64,000 bases of DNA from an uncultured Pseudomonadota bacterium. Its GTDB lineage: Bacteria; Pseudomonadota; Gammaproteobacteria; Steroidobacterales; Steroidobacteraceae. The stretch spans positions 3,655,302-3,719,301 of the forward strand of contig OY970302.1 in assembly GCA_963716335.1 (NCBI GenBank), written 5' to 3'. The notes beneath the pieces were generated by a model that did no database searches, was not told where the DNA came from, and was given only the letters and a program-made list of their open reading frames with translations. Both the position numbers and the translations under genes were made by a program. Numbering within the stretch: the stretch's first letter is position 1; each line of letters starts with the position of its first letter. Positions 27,821 to 37,610 of the stretch are shown in pieces.

Positions 27821-28705
27821 ATGCCTGGTCCGGTACGGTTGAATTTCGCCTCGGCCCCGCCCATCTGGCCGGCGTATCTGAAGATCCTGTTGGCACGCAA
27901 GCCGGCATTCGTGCCCGAGAGCGTGCCGCGCATCGATGCCGTGCTCGAGCGATTCGCGATCGACCGTTGCCATCTTGCCCGTTATCGGGCGATCTGCGGT
28001 GAGCGGGAAGCCGCTGTGCTTCCCATCGCCTACCCGCACGTCCTGGCGACGCCGATACACCTTGCCATGATCGCATCCGATGCATTCCCACTGAGCCTGC
28101 TTGGGGTCGTGCACGTGCGCAATCGCATCGTGCAGCACCGGCCGTTACAGGTCGATGACAATGGCCAGATTCATGCATGGTTGGAAGGACACCGCGAAAC
28201 CGCCCGGGGCCAGGAGCTCGATCTGCAGACGGAAGTTCGGGTGCGCGGCGAGGCCGCGTGGGCCGAAACGTCCACATTCCTTGCCCGCACGGACGCGCGC
28301 CGCCGTGCGCCCCGCAACGGCGCCCCCTTGGCCAATCTCGTAATGCCACCGCGCGGGAGCGTCACTACCCGTACTTTCGTGGTGGATCCGGGCGTCGGGC
28401 GGCGCTATGCGCGCGTTTCCGGCGATTTCAATCCGATCCACATCGCGAACCTGTCGGCACGTCTTTTCGGCCTCAAGCGGGCTATCGCGCACGGCATGTG
28501 GTCGCTGGCCCGCTGTGCCGCCGAAATCGGCTCCGGCGCGTTCGCGCACCCCTGCACGCTGGATGTATCATTCAAGCGCCCCGTTGCATTTTGTGCCCGG
28601 ATGGTGCTTGAAAGTTGGATGGCCGCGGGGGATGTGGGATTCAGCTTGCGCGATTCGCAGGCCGAGCGCGGACATCTCGTGGGACGGGTGCTGCGTTCGA
28701 CTTGA
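27821..28705 (+). CDS. MaoC-like (R)-hydratase / hot-dog fold protein, double hot-dog
   Basis: YARVSGDFNPIHIANLSARLFGLKRAIAHGMW is the MaoC dehydratase motif ([YF]-x-x-[LVI]-[ST]-G-D-x-N-P-[LIV]-H). The N-terminal half resembles a degenerate hot-dog. Confidence 0.8.
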   Translation: MPGPVRLNFASAPPIWPAYLKILLARKPAFVPESVPRIDAVLERFAIDRCHLARYRAICGEREAAVLPIAYPHVLATPIHLAMIASDAFPLSLLGVVHVRNRIVQHRPLQVDDNGQIHAWLEGHRETARGQELDLQTEVRVRGEAAWAETSTFLARTDARRRAPRNGAPLANLVMPPRGSVTTRTFVVDPGVGRRYARVSGDFNPIHIANLSARLFGLKRAIAHGMWSLARCAAEIGSGAFAHPCTLDVSFKRPVAFCARMVLESWMAAGDVGFSLRDSQAERGHLVGRVLRST

Positions 28706-28818
28706 ATCGGCAGGTTTCGGCCAGATTATCCGTAGAGGGTGCTCGGCATGGCTCTTGCTGCATCTGCGATGCTCGCCAGCGGACGCGAGCCCGAAGCATT
28801 TAATGGAGGAGAGTACTA

Positions 28819-29202
28819 ATGGCTCACGTACCTACACAGGATGGCCGCACGTCGAATCGCGGATTTGCATCCATGAACCAGGAAAGGCAGCGTCAGATCG
28901 CCAGTATGGGCGGCAAGGCGGTGCCGGACGAGAAGCGCAGCTTCTCGCAGAATCGTCGCCTCGCCGCCGAAGCCGGCCGCAAAGGCGGACAGAGCGTCCC
29001 GGGCTCGAAGCGCAGTTTCTCGCAGAACCGCCAGCTTGCAGCCGTTGCCGGACGTAAGGGCGGCCAGAGTGTTCCGGATGAGAAGCGCAGCTTCTCGCAG
29101 AATCCGGAGCTGGCAGCCGAGGCCGGCCGCAAGGGCGGACAGGCCAGCCACGGCGGACATGCTGCGGAGCATGCACGCACGACCCAGCAGGACGAAGCCT
29201 GA
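28819..29202 (+). CDS. KGG-repeat general stress protein (YciG-like)
   Basis: Repeated ...KRSFSQNxxLAAEAGRKGGQ... units (stress-induced KGG motif). Strong SD GGAGGAG 6 nt upstream. Confidence 0.85.
   Translation: MAHVPTQDGRTSNRGFASMNQERQRQIASMGGKAVPDEKRSFSQNRRLAAEAGRKGGQSVPGSKRSFSQNRQLAAVAGRKGGQSVPDEKRSFSQNPELAAEAGRKGGQASHGGHAAEHARTTQQDEA
28927..29151 (+). repeat. Three in-frame tandem 75-nt (25-aa) repeats inside the KGG gene
   Basis: DEKRSFSQNRRLAAEAGRKGGQSVP / GSKRSFSQNRQLAAVAGRKGGQSVP / DEKRSFSQNPELAAEAGRKGGQASH. Units at 28927-29001, 29002-29076 and 29077-29151, with a degenerate fourth copy upstream. Confidence 0.85.
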
Positions 29203-29389
29203 TAACGGCGCCCCGGCGGCCCCGCACGGGGCTGCCGAGGGCACGCAAGCACCCCCGGCCGGCACTGGAGCGCCGGAGGGGAAGGGGTGCCTTTGAAAAG
29301 TTTACCTTGGGCTTTGCAGAAGTTTCCGCTGTGGCCCCCGGTCCCCTGGATCCCGCTTACGCGCAGGCCGGCGGCGGCGAATGTCTGCG

Positions 29390-29839
29390 CTAGATGCGCA
29401 GCGTGACGAGCCAGGCCCCCGCGGCGATCAGGGCGATACCGGCCCAATTGATCGCCGACAGACGCTCGCCCAGAAATACGACGCTGAACACCGCGACGAG
29501 CACCACGCTCAGCTTGTCGATCGGGGCGACACGCGCGGCATCCCCGGCGTGCAGTGCGCGGAAATAACATAGCCACGACCCGCCGGTGGCAAGTCCGGAG
29601 AGGACGAGAAAACCATACGCGCGGCCCGAAGTCAGGCTGACCAGCCGGAATTTCTGCGTGACGAGCAGCATGATCGCCAACACGGTGAGGATGACGAGCG
29701 TGCGTGCGAACGTTGCGACGTCCGGATCCAGATCCTCGACACCAACCTTGGCGAACACGGCCGTCAGTGCGGCGAAGCATGCGGACAACATCGCCCACAT
29801 GAGCCACGCTGGCATCCAGGAAGCTGCGTCGGTATTCAT
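29390..29839 (-). CDS. EamA/DMT-superfamily half-size transporter
   Basis: 149 aa with about 5 hydrophobic helices: AWLMWAMLSACFAALTAVFAKVG...LATGGSWLCYFRAL...APIDKLSVVLVAVFSVVFLGE..., an EamA domain pattern. ATG at 29839 chosen. Confidence 0.75.
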   Translation of the reverse strand: MNTDAASWMPAWLMWAMLSACFAALTAVFAKVGVEDLDPDVATFARTLVILTVLAIMLLVTQKFRLVSLTSGRAYGFLVLSGLATGGSWLCYFRALHAGDAARVAPIDKLSVVLVAVFSVVFLGERLSAINWAGIALIAAGAWLVTLRI

Positions 29840-30078
29840 TGCAATTCTCACCTGTAAAGCCTGCAACTCGAGCCTGCGATGATTTTCGTGAAGCGCACAC
29901 TGCATCGCAAGGTTCGCGAAAGGGGTATGAAAGCGCACGGAAACCTTACCGAATTACACTGCGCGGTCGAACTTGCGCACACCGGACGGAACGTGCCAGC
30001 TGATTTCTTCCCGCGCTCTGGTGCGCTTCCGATCCGCTGCCATCGCGCGCCGGCCACTCTCAGGTATACACGAGCGAC

Positions 30079-31290
30079 ATGGACCCGACGAATCATTCCC
30101 TGGAGCGGCGCGCGCTGCCGGTACGCCGGCAGGCGCATCTGCTGCTGCTGCTTGCCGCAGCCGCCGCATTCGTCTTTACACTCGGCTGGGGTACCTCGCG
30201 ACTGCTTGCCAGACCATCCGCAGACCGTCCCACCGCCATTGCGCGCAATGCGGATGAGGTGCACCTGAGTGAGGCCCAACTTGCCACCCTGACGATCAAA
30301 GCGGTAACCGCGCTCGACTTTCACTCGGAGCGGGTGGCGGATGGCAAGATCGCACTCAACAGTGACACCGCGACACAGGTATTCTCACCGTATTCCGGAC
30401 GCGTCATCCGTCTGCTCGCCGGGTTGGGCGAGCACGTCGCGCGCGGAGCCCCGCTGTTCAGCATCGATGCTTCCGAATTCGCACAGGCCCAAAGCGATCT
30501 GCTCAATGCGAGTTCGCAGCTCAAGCTTGCCCGCATCAGCGAGCAGCGTCGCCATGCAGCTTACGACAGCAAGGGTGGCTCGTTGCAGGACTGGCAACAG
30601 GCGCAGGCTGAGCTCGCCGCTGCCGGGAATGCACTGAGCTCGGTACGCAACCGGCTGCGGATCCTCGGCCAGTCCGCCGCCCAGATCGCTGCGCTCGAGC
30701 AGCAGCAAACGCCCAATCCGATCACGAACGTGGTGGCGCCCATCGATGGGATCGTGACCGACCGGCAGGTGGGCCCCGGCCAGTATCTGCAGGCGGGCAG
30801 CTCCACCGCGGTCTATACGATCGGCAACCTGAGCTCGGTGTGGCTCGTGGCGGATGTCCGCGAGGTCGATGCGCCGCTGATCGAAGTCGGACAGGAAGTG
30901 CAGGTGCGCGTGCTCGCGCTGCCGGGAAAGATTTTCCACGCGAAACTCGCTTCCGTCGGCGCAACGGTAGACCCGGTCACGCGGCGCGTGCCGGTGCGCG
31001 CCACCCTGGAAAATCCCACCGGTAAGCTCAAACCGGAGATGTTTGCATCCTTCAGCATCATCACCAGCCCCGACACGACAGCGCCCGCGGTGCCCGAAGA
31101 GGCCGTGGTGCGCGAAGGGGTTGCCGCACACGTCTGGGTCGTGCGAGCGGATAACGGACTGGTGCTGCGCGCGATCCGCACGGGACGCATTCACGATGGC
31201 ATGGTCGAGGTGCTCGGCGGGCTGAAGTCCGGCGAGCGCATCGTCACGCGCGGCAGCCTGTTCATCGACCGCGCGGCGCAGCCGGGATGA
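30079..31290 (+). CDS. RND efflux periplasmic adaptor (CzcB/CusB-like membrane fusion protein)
   Basis: TM anchor, then lipoyl/hairpin/beta-barrel pattern (SPYSGRVIRL...GAPLFSIDASEF...VAPIDGIVTDR...GMVEVLGGLKSGERIV). Precedes the RND pump. Confidence 0.88.
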   Translation: MDPTNHSLERRALPVRRQAHLLLLLAAAAAFVFTLGWGTSRLLARPSADRPTAIARNADEVHLSEAQLATLTIKAVTALDFHSERVADGKIALNSDTATQVFSPYSGRVIRLLAGLGEHVARGAPLFSIDASEFAQAQSDLLNASSQLKLARISEQRRHAAYDSKGGSLQDWQQAQAELAAAGNALSSVRNRLRILGQSAAQIAALEQQQTPNPITNVVAPIDGIVTDRQVGPGQYLQAGSSTAVYTIGNLSSVWLVADVREVDAPLIEVGQEVQVRVLALPGKIFHAKLASVGATVDPVTRRVPVRATLENPTGKLKPEMFASFSIITSPDTTAPAVPEEAVVREGVAAHVWVVRADNGLVLRAIRTGRIHDGMVEVLGGLKSGERIVTRGSLFIDRAAQPG

Positions 31291-31321
31291 TGCGGCACGC
31301 GCGCCGCGACACGGCAGCAGC

Positions 31322-34300
31322 ATGATGAACGGCGTCATCGCCTTTGCGCTCAAGCAGCGCAAGTTCCTGGCTGTGCTGCTGCCGCTGGTACTCATAGTGG
31401 GCTTCGTAGGTTTCAGAAGCCTCAACATCGAGGCATACCCCGATCCGGTGCCACCGTTGGTGGACATCGTCACGCAGAATCCGGGGCAGTCGGCCGAGGA
31501 GATCGAGCGCTACATCACGATACCGATCGAGATCCAGATGGCGGGTATTCCGCACGTCGCGACGGTACGCACGATCTCGCTCTTCGGTCTTTCCGACGTC
31601 AAGGTTCAATTCACCTATGACTTCACCTACGTTCAGGCAGAGCAGTGGATCATCAACCGCCTCTCGCAGCTGCCCCCGCTCGCCAACGGCGCGCAACCGC
31701 AGATCTCGCCGACGAGTCCCATCGGGGAGATCTACCGGTACCGCATCGTGGGCCCTCCGGGCTACTCCGTCACGGATCTGAAAACGCTCGAGGACTGGGT
31801 ACTGGAGCGGCGTTTCAAGGCCGTGCCCGGCGTGATCGACGTCACTGGCTGGGGCGGTAAGACCAAGACCTACGAGATCAGCGTCGATCAGCGGCGCCTC
31901 GTGCAATACGGCCTGTCGCTGTCGCAGGTGCTGCAGGCGTTGAACAACAGCAACCTCAACGTAGGCGGTCAGACGGTCAACATCGGGCCGCAGGCCGCCG
32001 TGGTGCGCGGTGTCGGCCTGATCCACTCGATCGATGACATCAGCCGCACGATGGTCAGCTCGACGCGCGGCATCCCCGTGGTGATCGGCGACCTGGCCAG
32101 CGTGCAGGTTGGGCACGAGCCGCGTCTGGGCATTGCCGGCCAGGATGACGACGACGACATCGTCGAGGGAATCGTACTCATGCGCAGAGGCGAGCAGAGC
32201 ATGCCGACCATCTCGCGCGTCAAGGCGGAAGTACAGTCCATCAATGTCTCCGGCGTGTTGCCGCCGGGCGTGCGCATCGAGCGCATCTACGACCGCTCCG
32301 ATCTCATCCGGGTAACCACCCAGACAGTGCTGCACAACGTGATCGCCGGCGTCCTGCTGATCTTTCTGCTGCAGTGGGCATTCCTCGGCAACCTGCGCAG
32401 CGCGCTCATCGTCGCCTGCACCATTCCCTTCGCGCTGGCGTTCGCGATCGCACTCATGATCCTGCGGGGCGAATCGGCCAATCTGCTGTCGGTGGGCGCG
32501 ATCGACTTCGGATTGATCGTGGATGCATCGGTGATCATGGTGGAGAACATCTTCCGCCATCTGAGCGAGAGTGCCGAGGCACGCCGCTCCGGACCGCCGC
32601 TCATGCATTTCGTGCGCGGCAGTAGTATGTTCCGCGGCAAGTTCGCCGTGATCGCCAATGCCGCGACCGAGGTGAACCAGCCGATTCTGTTCGCCGCGGC
32701 GATCATCATTGCCGGCTTCGTACCGCTGTTCACGCTCAGCGGCGTCGAAGGTCACATCTTTGGCCCGATGGCCAAGACCTATGGCTACGCGATTGCCGGG
32801 GGCCTGATCGCAACGTTCACGATTTCCCCGGCACTCAGTGCGCTGATGCTGCCGGACACCGTCGCCGAGAACGAAACACTGGTGGTGCGCGCGCTGCGCA
32901 GGGTCTATGAGCCGGTCGTGGAATTCACGCTTGCCAACCGCGTTCTGACCCTTGGCGCATTCGCCGCGTTGCTGTTGCTCGCCGCACTGGCCATGCGCGG
33001 GCTTGGACTCGAGTTCCTGCCGAAGCTCGAGGAGGGTAACTTCTGGATCCGCGCAACGCTTCCCGAGTCGATCTCGCTCGAAGAAGGCAATGCGTACGTG
33101 AATCGCATGCGACGCGTGATCCGCAGTTTCCCCGAAGTCGTGACCGCGATCTCCCAGCACGGACGCCCCGATGACGGCACGGATGCGACCGGGTTTTTCA
33201 ACGCGGAATTCTTCGTGCCCCTCAAGCCCGCCTCGAGCTGGCCGCGGGGGGTGACCAAGGCTCGTCTGACGAATCAGCTCACGCAGCGCCTCGGGCAGCA
33301 GTTCCCCGGAGTCGAATTCAACTTCTCGCAGTACATCCAGGACAACGTCGAGGAAGCCGCCTCGGGTGTGAAGGGCGAGAACTCGGTCAAGCTGTTCGGC
33401 AATGATCTGCAGACGCTGGAGTCCACGGCGCAGAAGATCCGCAACGTGCTGCAGGGCGTTCGCGGAATCACCGACCTCGCGGTATTCAATCCGCTGGGCC
33501 AGCCGACGGTGCGCATCGATATCGACCGCGCCCGCGCGGCGCGCCTGGGGCTCACCCCCGGTGATATCAACGCCACCTTGCAGGCTGCCATCGGCGGCCA
33601 GCCGGCCGGTGATCTCTACGAGGGTGGCAGCGACCGTCACTTCCCGATGGTCGTGCGACTCTCTGCGGGCTACCGCGCCGATCCGGATGCGATCCGCCGC
33701 ATCACCATCGGTGCAGCGGATCCCTCCGGCAATGGGGCAATTGTGCAGGTACCACTCGGGGATGTGGCCGACGTGCAGCTGGTTTCCGGGCCCTCGTTCA
33801 TCTATCGGGAGCAGCAGGAGCGCTATGTCCCGATCAAGTTCAGCGTGCGCGGGCGCGATCTCGGCGGCGCCGTACTCGAGGCGCAGGGCAAGGTGAACCG
33901 GCAGGTATCCATCCCGGGCGGCTATCACCTCGATTGGGTCGGGGAATTCGGCAACCTGCAGCAGGCCCTGCATCGACTCGCGATCGCCGTGCCCGCAAGC
34001 CTGGCGCTCATCTGTGTGCTGCTGTTCATCAACTTCGGCTCCCTCACCGACGTGCTGCTGGCGGCGAGTGTCATTCCAATGGCCCTCATCGGCGGGGTGT
34101 TCGCACTTGCCATCACCGGGACGGCCTTCAGTGTCTCGGCCGCCATTGGCATGGTGGCGCTGTTCGGTATCGCCACCATGGACGGGATCATCGTGCTGTC
34201 GTACTACAACCTGCACATCGAGGGGGGACTCGATCGCGTGAGCGCGATTCTGCAGACCTGCCGGGTGCAGATGCGACCGGTCCTGATGACCTGCGTGGTG

Positions 34301-34498
34301 GCCTGCGTGGGGCTCGTGCCCGCCGCGGTCTCGACGGGCATCGGCTCCCAGGTGCAGCGTCCGCTTGCACTGGTGGTCGTCGGCGGGATGCTGCTGACGC
34401 CGGTGCTGGTGCTGCTGGTGCTGCCGGTGCTGATCCTTTTATTCTCGCGCCGCTCGCCCGGTATCCAGTCAGTCGCCGCGGCGCACGGCACACCATGA
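31322..34498 (+). CDS. Heavy-metal-efflux (HME) RND transporter, CzcA/CusA family
   Basis: 1058 aa with the 12-TM, two-large-loop architecture. N-terminus MMNGVIAFALKQRKFLAVLL...AYPDPVPPLVDIVTQNPGQSAEEIERYITIPIE and GAIDFGLIVDASVIMVENIF are typical of the CzcA/CusA family. Confidence 0.92.
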   Translation: MMNGVIAFALKQRKFLAVLLPLVLIVGFVGFRSLNIEAYPDPVPPLVDIVTQNPGQSAEEIERYITIPIEIQMAGIPHVATVRTISLFGLSDVKVQFTYDFTYVQAEQWIINRLSQLPPLANGAQPQISPTSPIGEIYRYRIVGPPGYSVTDLKTLEDWVLERRFKAVPGVIDVTGWGGKTKTYEISVDQRRLVQYGLSLSQVLQALNNSNLNVGGQTVNIGPQAAVVRGVGLIHSIDDISRTMVSSTRGIPVVIGDLASVQVGHEPRLGIAGQDDDDDIVEGIVLMRRGEQSMPTISRVKAEVQSINVSGVLPPGVRIERIYDRSDLIRVTTQTVLHNVIAGVLLIFLLQWAFLGNLRSALIVACTIPFALAFAIALMILRGESANLLSVGAIDFGLIVDASVIMVENIFRHLSESAEARRSGPPLMHFVRGSSMFRGKFAVIANAATEVNQPILFAAAIIIAGFVPLFTLSGVEGHIFGPMAKTYGYAIAGGLIATFTISPALSALMLPDTVAENETLVVRALRRVYEPVVEFTLANRVLTLGAFAALLLLAALAMRGLGLEFLPKLEEGNFWIRATLPESISLEEGNAYVNRMRRVIRSFPEVVTAISQHGRPDDGTDATGFFNAEFFVPLKPASSWPRGVTKARLTNQLTQRLGQQFPGVEFNFSQYIQDNVEEAASGVKGENSVKLFGNDLQTLESTAQKIRNVLQGVRGITDLAVFNPLGQPTVRIDIDRARAARLGLTPGDINATLQAAIGGQPAGDLYEGGSDRHFPMVVRLSAGYRADPDAIRRITIGAADPSGNGAIVQVPLGDVADVQLVSGPSFIYREQQERYVPIKFSVRGRDLGGAVLEAQGKVNRQVSIPGGYHLDWVGEFGNLQQALHRLAIAVPASLALICVLLFINFGSLTDVLLAASVIPMALIGGVFALAITGTAFSVSAAIGMVALFGIATMDGIIVLSYYNLHIEGGLDRVSAILQTCRVQMRPVLMTCVVACVGLVPAAVSTGIGSQVQRPLALVVVGGMLLTPVLVLLVLPVLILLFSRRSPGIQSVAAAHGTP

Positions 34499-36018
34499 TC
34501 GGCCTGCGCCACAGCCTGCTTTGCCTGCTCACGGCCCTGATGGGTGCCTGCGCAGTCGGCCCGAACTTCAGACGACCGGCTTCCCCCGCCGTGCCGGGCT
34601 ATCTGCCCGCGTCGGCGCCGGCCGAATCCGGCTCGCCGCCAACACAGGCACTGGATACGCAGCAACTGCTCGAGGGTATGGCCATTCCCGCGCAGTGGTG
34701 GACCCTGTTTCGTTCGCAGCCACTGGATGAGCTCATCCGCCGGGCGCTGCGCAATAACCCCACCACGCAGGCGGCACAGGCTGCCCTGCGGCAGGCACAG
34801 GAGAACTACTACGCGCAGCTCGGAACGCTGCTGCCCACCGTGCAGGCCGACTACTCGTTCGAGCGGCAGCGCAACGCCACCGGGACGCTGGCGCCCACCC
34901 TGAGCTCCGGGCAGTCGCTGTTCAACCTGCACACCGCACAGGTCAGCGTTTCCTACGCGCTCGATGTATTCGGTGGCAACCGACGCGCCGCCGAATCGTT
35001 GCACGCAGCGGCCGAGGCGCAAAAATATCAACTGGAGGCCACCTATCTCACGCTGGCTGCCAACGTCGTCACCACCGCGATCCAGGAAGCTTCGGTGCGC
35101 GCGCAACTTACCGCCACGAACGATATCGTGCGCAGCGAACGCGAGGCGCTGCAGATCCTCAGACGGCAATACCAGCTCGGCTCGATCGCCATGACCGACG
35201 TGATGGCTCAGGAAGCCACGCTCGCCACCACGGAGGCCGGCGTCCCGGGGTTGCAGAAGCAACTGGAGCAGGCGCAACACGCTCTGGCCGTTCTGGCCGG
35301 GTCCTTCCCGAACAGCGAGCCGCAGCAGCAGTTCCAGCTCCCGGGGCTCTCGCAGCAGCCCGGTGCCGCCATCGCTGCCGCACCCATACCCGCTGCATTG
35401 CAACTGCCGCTGGCGCTGCCGCTCAGTCTTCCATCGCAGCTGGTGCGCCAGCGGCCGGACATTCTGCAGGCCGAAGCGAACCTGCACGCCGCGACCGCCG
35501 AGGTCGGCGTGGCGATTGCCAACATGCTGCCGCAGTTCGATCTCACCGCCCTTGCCGGCAGCGCCGCGACACAATTCGCGCAGCTGTTCGCCGCCGGCAA
35601 CCGCTTCTGGAGCGGTGGCGCCTCGCTGACGCAGACACTGTTCGAGGGCGGCACACTGCTGCATCGTGTGCGAGCCTCGCGCGCGGCGATGGATCAGGCG
35701 GGAGCGCAATATCGCAGCGTGGTGCTGAGTGCCTTCCAGAACGTTGCCGACACCCTGAGCGCATTGCGTCTGGATGCGCAAGCGGTCGAGGCCAGCAGCC
35801 GTGCGCAGCAGGCGGCCGAGCAGAACCTGTTGACGGTGCGTCGAAACGTGGAGCTCGGCTCGGTCGGCTACCTGGCGCTGCTCAACGCGCAGCAGACGTA
35901 TCAGCAGGCGGTGCTGGGACTGGCACAAGCCCAGGCGAACCGCTATTCGGATACGGCTGCACTGTTTCAGGCGCTGGGCGGGGGCTGGTGGAACCGGAAG
36001 GACCCTGCCGCGGATTAG
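34495..36018 (+). CDS. RND efflux outer-membrane factor lipoprotein (NodT family)
   Basis: Lipobox LLTALMGACAVGPNFRRP, two OEP repeats, C-terminal ...ALFQALGGGW. ATGA overlap with the pump gene. The 694-aa extension is rejected. Confidence 0.9.
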   Translation: MIGLRHSLLCLLTALMGACAVGPNFRRPASPAVPGYLPASAPAESGSPPTQALDTQQLLEGMAIPAQWWTLFRSQPLDELIRRALRNNPTTQAAQAALRQAQENYYAQLGTLLPTVQADYSFERQRNATGTLAPTLSSGQSLFNLHTAQVSVSYALDVFGGNRRAAESLHAAAEAQKYQLEATYLTLAANVVTTAIQEASVRAQLTATNDIVRSEREALQILRRQYQLGSIAMTDVMAQEATLATTEAGVPGLQKQLEQAQHALAVLAGSFPNSEPQQQFQLPGLSQQPGAAIAAAPIPAALQLPLALPLSLPSQLVRQRPDILQAEANLHAATAEVGVAIANMLPQFDLTALAGSAATQFAQLFAAGNRFWSGGASLTQTLFEGGTLLHRVRASRAAMDQAGAQYRSVVLSAFQNVADTLSALRLDAQAVEASSRAQQAAEQNLLTVRRNVELGSVGYLALLNAQQTYQQAVLGLAQAQANRYSDTAALFQALGGGWWNRKDPAAD

Positions 36019-36095
36019 CGCTTGCGCGCACCCCTGGCGGCGATGGGTATACTTGCGTCCGTGGCGCATTGCCGCGCCGTGGAAATTTGCAAAGA

Positions 36096-37610
36096 ATGGC
36101 TGATCGTCCGAATCTTCTGCTGCTGATGGCCGATCAGCTCACACCGCGGGTGCTGAGCGCGTATGGCGGCCGCGCCCGCACACCGAACCTCGATGCTCTC
36201 GCCCGGCAGGCGGTCGTCTTCGATTCCTTCTATTGCAACAGCCCGCTGTGCGCCCCCTCGCGCTTCTCCTTCATGGCCGGGCAGCTGCCCTCGAAGATCG
36301 GCGCCTATGACAATGCCGCGGAGTTCCCGGCGCAGACACCGACCTTTGCCCATTATCTGCGCAGCGCGGGATACCAGACCGCACTGAGCGGCAAGATGCA
36401 TTTCTGCGGTCCCGATCAGCTGCATGGATTCGAAGAGCGGCTCACGACCGACATCTATCCGTCCGATTTCGGTTGGACGCCGGATTGGAGCCGCTTCGGG
36501 GAGCGCCCGGGTTGGTATCACACGATGGATTCGGTGACGCAGGCCGGCGCCTGTACACGCACCAATCAGATCGACTTCGATGACGAAGTGGTGGTCGCCG
36601 CGCGCCAGAAGCTGTTCGATATCGCCCGCGGCCGGGACCGCCGGCCATTCTGCCTGGTCGTCTCCATGACCCATCCGCATGACCCCTACGTCACGCCGCA
36701 GGCGTACTGGGACCGTTATCGGGATGAGGAAATCGAGATGCCGCGCGTTGCGGATCTGCGCGAGGGCGAGGATCCGCATTCGACCCGGCTGCGCCATGTC
36801 ATCGGGCTCGGAAGTGTCACACCCACCTCGACGCAGGTGCGCGCGGCGCGCCGTGCGTATCACGGCTCGGTTTCGTACGTCGACGATCAGATCGGCGCGC
36901 TGGTCAAAACGTTGCGCGAGGCCGCGCTCGAGCGCAACACGATCATCGCCGTTCTGGCCGACCACGGCGACATGCTGGGCGAGCGTGGCCTGTGGTACAA
37001 GATGAACTTCTTCGAGCCCGCGTGCCGCATTCCCTTCATCGTGCATGCCCCCGGACGGTTTACGCCGCATCGGGTGCGGGGCTCAGCCTCGCTGCTCGAT
37101 CTGCTGCCGACTTTTGCAGCGCTCGCGCACGGTGGCAGCGAGCCCGACTACGCCGTACAGCTCGACGGACACAGCCTGCTCCCAGTGCTCAACGGGGCGG
37201 AAACCCGCGATGAGGTGCTCGGGGAGTACCTTGCCGAAGGTGCCATTGCCCCGATCGTCATGATCCGTCGGGGTTGCTTCAAGTTCATACATTCACCCGC
37301 CGATCCAGACCAGCTTTACGACGTCGCCGCCGATGCGGATGAGCGCGTCAACCTCGCAGCGCACCGCAGTCATGCCGATACCCTGTCTGCCTTCCGCGCG
37401 GAGGTGGCACAACGCTGGTCACTGCAGCAACTGCACCAGGCAGTGCAGGCGAGTCAGCAGCGCCGTCACTTCGTGTACGCAGCGCTGCGTCAGGGTCACT
37501 TCCAGCCGTGGGATTATCAACCGATCCGCGACGCCGCCCGGCTGTATATCCGCAATGACCAGGAGCTCAACGATCTCGAAAGCATGGCACGCTTTCCGCC
37601 GCTCGCCTGA
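36096..37610 (+). CDS. betC: Choline-sulfatase
   Basis: MADRPNLLLLMADQL...FYCNSPLCAPSRFSFMAGQLPSKIGAYDNAAEF..., a sulfatase C-x-P-S-R formylglycine motif in the context typical of BetC. 504 aa. Confidence 0.85.
   Translation: MADRPNLLLLMADQLTPRVLSAYGGRARTPNLDALARQAVVFDSFYCNSPLCAPSRFSFMAGQLPSKIGAYDNAAEFPAQTPTFAHYLRSAGYQTALSGKMHFCGPDQLHGFEERLTTDIYPSDFGWTPDWSRFGERPGWYHTMDSVTQAGACTRTNQIDFDDEVVVAARQKLFDIARGRDRRPFCLVVSMTHPHDPYVTPQAYWDRYRDEEIEMPRVADLREGEDPHSTRLRHVIGLGSVTPTSTQVRAARRAYHGSVSYVDDQIGALVKTLREAALERNTIIAVLADHGDMLGERGLWYKMNFFEPACRIPFIVHAPGRFTPHRVRGSASLLDLLPTFAALAHGGSEPDYAVQLDGHSLLPVLNGAETRDEVLGEYLAEGAIAPIVMIRRGCFKFIHSPADPDQLYDVAADADERVNLAAHRSHADTLSAFRAEVAQRWSLQQLHQAVQASQQRRHFVYAALRQGHFQPWDYQPIRDAARLYIRNDQELNDLESMARFPPLA

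Noticed and set aside
31262-36069. Very long antisense ORFs opposite the RND pump and OMF genes (31262-34216, 984 aa; 34204-36069, 621 aa). Similar shadow ORFs lie opposite other genes: 577-1611, 2676-4421, 7981-9870, 26510-28138, 37567-39408, 38997-40541, 41041-42471 and 54847-57174.
   Set aside because: - Each lies antisense, or in an alternative frame, to a gene with unmistakable family motifs.
- Their translations are Arg/Gly/His/Asp-rich and have no motifs.
- Long stop-free shadow frames are expected at this GC content.
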